Shown one piece after another: positions 24,618 through 28,711 of a stretch of DNA of 28,711 nt (position 1 is the first letter of the stretch; each line of letters starts with the position of its first letter). The notes below the pieces were generated by a model, which was not told the origin of the DNA, did not search any database, and saw only the letters and a program-made list of their open reading frames with translations. Source of the DNA: a virus (lineage: Duplodnaviria; Caudoviricetes). A program made the translations under genes and the position numbers. The DNA lies in the IMG/VR virus record IMGVR_UViG_3300010362_000082, positions 1 to 28,711 of that record, one strand, 5' to 3'.

Positions 24618-24777
24618 CTGCAAAGTCTGTGACGGAATGGGAACCTATCCGGTGTACGACCGGGAGGGGGCACATCTTTACGATATCCAGTGCCCGGAAT
24701 GTGGTGGCCTCGGCAAGATGGAGGGCGATGAAGATGGTGCAACTGGTAGCGGGACCGACCCAGGAAGCAATCGATGA
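24595..24777 (+). CDS. Small DnaJ-type CxxCxGxG zinc-finger protein
   Basis: CKVCDGMG ... CPECGGLG. Confidence 0.7.
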   Translation: MTAGTADNCKVCDGMGTYPVYDREGAHLYDIQCPECGGLGKMEGDEDGATGSGTDPGSNR

Positions 24778-24952
24778 ACTGATGGATGCCATCGGGATGG
24801 TGATCGAGGCTCACCGTAGAGCCAAGAAAGCGCCCACCAAAGAGCACGCAACCGCCGTCCAGCAGGCGCTCGAAGCGCTGGAGGACGTCTGGTACAAGTA
24901 CCCGGCCGCGGCCGCTGTCGTCGCCATGCTGCAAGGCCAAGCTCGTGACTAA
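24728..24952 (+). CDS. Hypothetical helical protein (74 aa)
   Basis: GGAGGG RBS before ATG at 24728; its stop overlaps the stop of the convergent gene. Confidence 0.7.
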   Translation: MKMVQLVAGPTQEAIDELMDAIGMVIEAHRRAKKAPTKEHATAVQQALEALEDVWYKYPAAAAVVAMLQGQARD

Positions 24953-25482
24953 GCAGAGACTTTCTCCCCTAGCCGCTTGCGCAAAGCTCTTCGGGCGCTC
25001 TCGCTGATCACCGGGCACGCCGCCATCCGCCACAGCGTCTTCTCGCGCGCGCCTTGCTCCAGCAGGTTGGCCGCCTCGATCTCAAGCAGGTTTCTCAGGT
25101 CCTGGTGCGTCACGTCGATCCACTGGTCGGTGATGCGATCTCGCAACGAGGGCTGCTGATAGCCGCACGCCACCAGGAAGGCGCCGGGCCTGTCGGTGGA
25201 GCAGAACACGTAGACCAGCCACTCGGCATAGGCCCCGATCATCACCCGCACCAGATCGCGATCACCCTCGGAGGTAATGTCCAGTGAGCGATGCTTGAAG
25301 GCATTGGTGCCGTAAATGGAGTGGAACAGCCCGGCGAGGCGAGCCTCCTCCGGAGCGCCCCACTCCTCCAGCAGCGTGTAGGTGCCAAACAGGTGCTCGC
25401 AGAGATTTCTCCCGCTGTGCCTGACGTGTTGCGTGCCGAGCACATCGGTCAGGAACTCAAGGTGTCTCTGTTCCAGGCTCAT
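24949..25482 (-). CDS. DUF6817-like (HD-fold-like) protein
   Basis: HSGRNLCEHLFGTY..L..WG....LAGLFHSIYGT...AE.LVY.FC...EAAN.LEQ. The likely start is ATG 25482, inside the end of the upstream oxygenase. Confidence 0.7.
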   Translation of the reverse strand: MSLEQRHLEFLTDVLGTQHVRHSGRNLCEHLFGTYTLLEEWGAPEEARLAGLFHSIYGTNAFKHRSLDITSEGDRDLVRVMIGAYAEWLVYVFCSTDRPGAFLVACGYQQPSLRDRITDQWIDVTHQDLRNLLEIEAANLLEQGAREKTLWRMAACPVISESARRALRKRLGEKVSA

Positions 25483-26131
25483 GGGTTTCGCTTGCGCTCT
25501 TCTCGGAAGCCCTATCACGCACCTGCTTGAACTCGGTCTTGAACATTAGCGTGATTCGCAGGACCGGGCAGAGGCGGGAAACGCCGCGGGCGACATGAAA
25601 GGTGGTCCCCGGAAACACACACAGCCGGTTGGGCCTGGGGTGGCAAGCGCCGATGATCTCGGTCTTGCTGCGATTGAAGAACAGGGTTTCTCCCGCCCAG
25701 TCGGGGTCCCAGGTTTCGTGCGGGTAGTACACACACGTATAGCTCCACGGCACCACGCTGTCGGTGTGCAGCGTGCCATCGGAGCCATATTGCAGTCCGT
25801 TGGCGTAACACCTCACGAGCGTGTGCCCCGCCAGCAACACGCTCTGCACATCCTTCCAGAACAGCCAGATGATGGGGGCGTTGTCCTGGAGTTCGTCCTC
25901 GCAATCGTAGCCCGCGTCGAGCACCTCTTTGGTCTTGTCGTCCCGGCGATCAGCCCGGCGACTGCCCGCGAAGTGCTTGTGGAAGAAGCGATACTGGTCG
26001 GTCGCCCGGTTGGAGCGCCAGCCCCACTCCCAACCGGGCATGCCCAGATATTCGTTGAGTTCCTTCTGCCGTTCGGGCGGAAGGACGTCGTCGTAGACGA
26101 GGCAAGCCTCACCCGGCTTGAGTGCGCGCAT
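25457..26131 (-). CDS. 2OG-Fe(II) oxygenase (prolyl-4-hydroxylase-like, 2OG-FeII_Oxy_3 type)
   Basis: HxD (LHTD), WAGET, PRPNRLCVF, distal His (FHVA) and the 2OG-binding Arg (LRITLMFK). Confidence 0.9.
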   Translation of the reverse strand: MRALKPGEACLVYDDVLPPERQKELNEYLGMPGWEWGWRSNRATDQYRFFHKHFAGSRRADRRDDKTKEVLDAGYDCEDELQDNAPIIWLFWKDVQSVLLAGHTLVRCYANGLQYGSDGTLHTDSVVPWSYTCVYYPHETWDPDWAGETLFFNRSKTEIIGACHPRPNRLCVFPGTTFHVARGVSRLCPVLRITLMFKTEFKQVRDRASEKSASETHEPGTETP

Positions 26132-26469
26132 CAGCGATGCGCTTGGCTCCGGCCAGAAGCGGAGCCATGCGCGGGCACGGCGGCACCGGAGTGCTCGTCC
26201 TTGGCCTTGCCCTCGGCCTGCTCCTTGGTCTTCTCCTCTGCCTTCTTGGCTCCGGCCTCCTTCTTCTCCTCGTCGGCCTTGCGCTCCTTGGCCTCCTTGG
26301 CTTCCTGCTCTTCGAGCTTCTTCTTGTCCTCGGCCAACGCCTCCTTGACCTTCTCGCTCTCCTCCTCGTCGGCCTTCAGCTTGGCCTTGGTGCGCTCCTG
26401 GATTTCCTCTTCGGTGAGATTGCGCTGTTCGTGTAGAGTCTCTCCGCCTTCGCTCTTCCCAGGTGCCAT
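26131..26469 (-). CDS. Glu/Lys-rich coiled-coil / low-complexity protein (112 aa)
   Basis: GGGAG RBS; TGATG overlap with the oxygenase start. Confidence 0.8.
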   Translation of the reverse strand: MAPGKSEGGETLHEQRNLTEEEIQERTKAKLKADEEESEKVKEALAEDKKKLEEQEAKEAKERKADEEKKEAGAKKAEEKTKEQAEGKAKDEHSGAAVPAHGSASGRSQAHR

Positions 26470-26480
26470 GATCGATCTCC

Positions 26481-26510
26481 CGTTCTCGCTGGTTCTCGTT
26501 AGTTCTCGTT
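26481..26510. repeat. Three 10-bp direct repeats (xGTTCTCGyT) upstream of the E/K-oxygenase-HD operon
   Basis: cgttctcgct ggttctcgtt agttctcgtt. Confidence 0.85.
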
Positions 26511-26527
26511 CAATGAAGCAGAATAGG

Positions 26528-26827
26528 TCAGCCGCCGGACGGATAAGCGCCGGAGGCAGGCACTCGCACCCGCATCATGGTGCACCACGCGATGGCACCG
26601 ACCGGGCGGCTACCATAATAGTAGGGCACCCCGGTCACCGCGCCCGTCACCGTGCCGTCCGGGGCAATCACATAGAGATTGTAGGTCGGCGCCGGGCCAA
26701 ACTGGCCCTCGCTCGCCTCCGAGACCACTTGGCACACCAGCGCAGGCGAGGGGAGCCCGACTGGCGGGTTGTTGGCATAGTACCAGATCCATTGCCCCGG
26801 CACCGGCCGCGTCAACGATTTCGGCAT
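26528..26827 (-). CDS. Conserved small phage protein (99 aa)
   Basis: P..GQ.I.YY...PALV..V...NL.V...G pattern; AGGAG RBS. Confidence 0.75.
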   Translation of the reverse strand: MPKSLTRPVPGQWIWYYANNPPVGLPSPALVCQVVSEASEGQFGPAPTYNLYVIAPDGTVTGAVTGVPYYYGSRPVGAIAWCTMMRVRVPASGAYPSGG

Positions 26828-26837
26828 GGTTTAGCTC

Positions 26838-27032
26838 CTATCCATCCTGGAAGAACGCTTCATCCGTGCTGCGCAGCACGCTGCCATCCAACGTCGTTAT
26901 CACCACCCGATCATGCGTCTCCGGCCTGAACCACACGATGTGGCAAACCTGGATGTAGCCGCCTCCAACAATAGAGACCCACAACGTCACAGTCGGGTCC
27001 GGCGGCGGTTTCTTGACCGGCTCTGGCATCAT
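26838..27032 (-). CDS. Hypothetical protein (64 aa)
   Basis: GGAGGGAG RBS; ATGA overlap with the upstream gene. Confidence 0.7.
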   Translation of the reverse strand: MMPEPVKKPPPDPTVTLWVSIVGGGYIQVCHIVWFRPETHDRVVITTLDGSVLRSTDEAFFQDG

Positions 27033-27271
27033 CTCCCTCCTTGAGGGGGGCTGTTAGAATCAGCGTTGGTCGAGGATACACCCTTCGGTGGCGGCGTCCA
27101 GTCGCCCAGAAACCAGTCCAGCCACACCTCCATCACCGCCGCCTTGACGAGATGCTGGTTCCAGAAACGATCCTCACCCGCCTTGCCGTGCAGCCGCACC
27201 ACCACCTCGTCCGCCACCCCCTCGATCAGCTTACGGACCGTCTCAGCCACCTCCTTGGTCGAGGGGATCAC
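27029..27271 (-). CDS. Hypothetical protein (80 aa)
   Basis: GTG start with GGAGAGG RBS, overlapping the upstream TGA. Confidence 0.7.
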   Translation of the reverse strand: MIPSTKEVAETVRKLIEGVADEVVVRLHGKAGEDRFWNQHLVKAAVMEVWLDWFLGDWTPPPKGVSSTNADSNSPPQGGR

Positions 27272-27520
27272 TGAACCTCTCCCTCTCCCTTGAGCTTGGC
27301 GATGGCACGCTGGAGCAGCCCAGCGAAATGCTCCGCCATCTCCAGGGTCAGCACCACCTCCCCGCGCGTCCCGTCGTGACCGGATTGCTCCCCAATAAAG
27401 CTCACCCCGATGAAAGCCTCGGCACAGTCGTCACAGCGCGCCGGCCCCCACCTCGACCTGCACCACTATCAACGGGTCCGGCACCACCCGATCATCGCTC
27501 GTCCCATACAGCACCGCCAT
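27268..27520 (-). pseudogene. Gene apparently split by a +1 frameshift at a G5 run (27445-27449)
   Basis: GGAGGAGGAG RBS and ATG at 27520 give MAVLYGTSDDRVVPDPLIVVQVEVG then an early stop. Removing one G continues PARCDDCAEAF...KLKGEGEVQ to TGA 27268, which is coupled to the next GTG. Confidence 0.55.
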
Positions 27521-27552
27521 GAACGTCTCCTCCTCCCGCGTCTGCCCGCCCC

Positions 27553-27828
27553 CTAGTCCAAGTCTAGCTCACGATGATACCAGGGCGTCACCTTGATGAC
27601 GGGCTCCGGTACAGTCTCCATGTTGCGCTGCATCAAATCGAACTGGGAAACCACCAAAGTTTGCTGCAACGCACGCACGAGATCGCCGCTACACTCGTTC
27701 ATGGTCTTGGCCGTCACCGTCACCATCTGGGCAGGCGTCACCAGCCCGGCCGGACACCAGACCTGATAAGCGTCGGTCGCAAAGTCCCTGTTCACCGCAT
27801 AGCCAAACGGCAAATTCTCCCAGGCCAT
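27553..27828 (-). CDS. Hypothetical protein (91 aa)
   Basis: GGAAGAGG upstream of ATG at 27828; MAWENLPFGYAVNRDF... Confidence 0.6.
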   Translation of the reverse strand: MAWENLPFGYAVNRDFATDAYQVWCPAGLVTPAQMVTVTAKTMNECSGDLVRALQQTLVVSQFDLMQRNMETVPEPVIKVTPWYHRELDLD

Positions 27829-28450
27829 GACACGCCTCTTCCAAGTCACCACTCCCACATTCTGCGCTGGCTTCGTCTACGCCAGCGGTATCATCCACCC
27901 CTTTGCCCCCATCTTGGCCCCCATCCTGCGCTCGATGACAAAGTGGCCGCTTACCCGAATCATGCGCTACTGTCGCCAGAAGGGATACACCCTCACAGAG
28001 GTCGCCCCCATGCCCACCGAAACCTCCCCCACCGAAACCTGGACACCACCCCCGCTCCCACACTGGCCCGACCAGCGCAAACGCCACACACTCCTCGCCA
28101 AGATCGAGCAGGCACGGCGCAAAGCCGTCGACATGGACATCGTCTACCTCCTGGACGAACTCACCAAGCTCCTCCAGTGCGTCTCCATGGCCAGCAGAGG
28201 CGTGATCGAACAAGCGAGCGATGCCGACAAAGATGTCCCAAATAATACTGTCCCAGAAATTGATCCCGATGTCCCAGAAATAATTTCTGGGACAGAAACA
28301 ATTTCTGAGACAGGAATTTCTGAGACAGGAGGTGTCCGTAATAAACAGGACACCCGCCCGCGCGGCCGCCCCCGCGGTCCCGAACTGTCCGCCGCCGAAC
28401 GCAAACGCGCCTACCGCAGGAAACAAGCCGAGAAGATCATCAAAGGCTGA
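27827..28450 (+). CDS. Putative DNA-binding protein with an AT-hook and a basic C-terminal helix (possible internal start near 28010)
   Basis: RPRGRPR AT-hook followed by LSAAERKRAYRRKQ; N-terminal FCAGF...APIL...YCRQKGY module. Confidence 0.7.
   Translation: MTRLFQVTTPTFCAGFVYASGIIHPFAPILAPILRSMTKWPLTRIMRYCRQKGYTLTEVAPMPTETSPTETWTPPPLPHWPDQRKRHTLLAKIEQARRKAVDMDIVYLLDELTKLLQCVSMASRGVIEQASDADKDVPNNTVPEIDPDVPEIISGTETISETGISETGGVRNKQDTRPRGRPRGPELSAAERKRAYRRKQAEKIIKG
28234..28327. repeat. Symmetric iteron-like array: 3 forward plus 3 inverted copies of TGTCyCAGAAAT
   Basis: Forward copies at 28234 (variant), 28249 and 28270; inverted copies at 28283, 28301 and 28316. The centre is a perfect 12-1-12 palindrome at 28270-28294. 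Confidence 0.9.
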
Positions 28451-28493
28451 GAATTAAAGGCTGAGAATTAGCGGGAATTGCCGGGAATTAGCG
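28442..28493. repeat. 14-bp duplication across a stop codon (aaaggctgagaatt x2) followed by 10-bp cgggaatt repeats
   Basis: Copies at 28442-28455 and 28456-28469, then agcgggaatt gccgggaatt agcg. Confidence 0.85.
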
Positions 28494-28711
28494 AAAGTGT
28501 ATGTATTACAAGATGTTAGGCCCGGAAACGGTGGGAGGGGGCGTCGGTGGGTGGGGGGCTTGGAGTTAAATCTATTTCCCGCGCCGAGGGTGTGGGGGGG
28601 GGGGCGTGGGGCTGGCTTCTCCCTCGTCCTCGGTGCGTGCGGTGGCCGTCGCGAGGGGGGGTGTCGTCGACCTCCTCCGCCCTCAAGCGTTGCTCCTTAA
28701 GGCTAATGCGG

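Larger units (their letters stand above)
1..28711. mobile_element. Tailed bacteriophage genome segment (packaging, head and short-tail module plus accessory region)
   Basis: TerL, portal, scaffold, MCP, adaptors, tail fibre and nozzle lie in canonical order on the minus strand with many ATGA/GTGA overlaps. No host housekeeping genes are present. Confidence 0.97.

Noticed and set aside
27521-27555. TAG readthrough or recoding joining 27553-27828 to the next ORF
   Set aside because: The downstream ORF is in a different frame and has its own strong RBS; TAG behaves as a normal stop elsewhere.
22872-28711. Terminase small subunit, integrase/att site or prohead protease calls
   Set aside because: No ORF shows recognisable motifs for these; they may lie outside the window or be too divergent to see by eye.

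Overview
High-GC segment of a tailed dsDNA phage (Caudoviricetes, podovirus-like architecture; an Alphaproteobacterial host is plausible but unproven). The minus strand carries a contiguous morphogenesis module: TerL (21207-22871), portal (17818-20115), GroES-like co-chaperonin, scaffold, head accessory protein, major capsid (12697-13608), adaptors, tail fibre and a P22 gp10-like nozzle. It ends in a >1039-aa low-complexity protein that runs off the left edge and is missing from the ORF track. Right of TerL is a mixed-orientation accessory region with an RHH regulator at a symmetric bidirectional leaderless promoter, a 2OG-Fe(II) oxygenase coupled to an HD-like (DUF6817-like) protein, and an AT-hook protein containing a palindromic iteron-like array. 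The most notable signals are: (1) a recurring (Y/F/K/M/L)xxGGx(V/I/L) motif, often preceded by xSGG-x4-R(A/V)DR, in four unrelated disordered virion-module proteins, a candidate protease or encapsidation tag system; (2) the oxygenase/HD-like operon; (3) an Acb2/Tad1-like sponge candidate between TerL and portal; (4) structured RNA leaders. No integrase, tRNA, CRISPR or clear TerS or prohead protease was seen. All family assignments come from motif recognition by eye; no searches were run.
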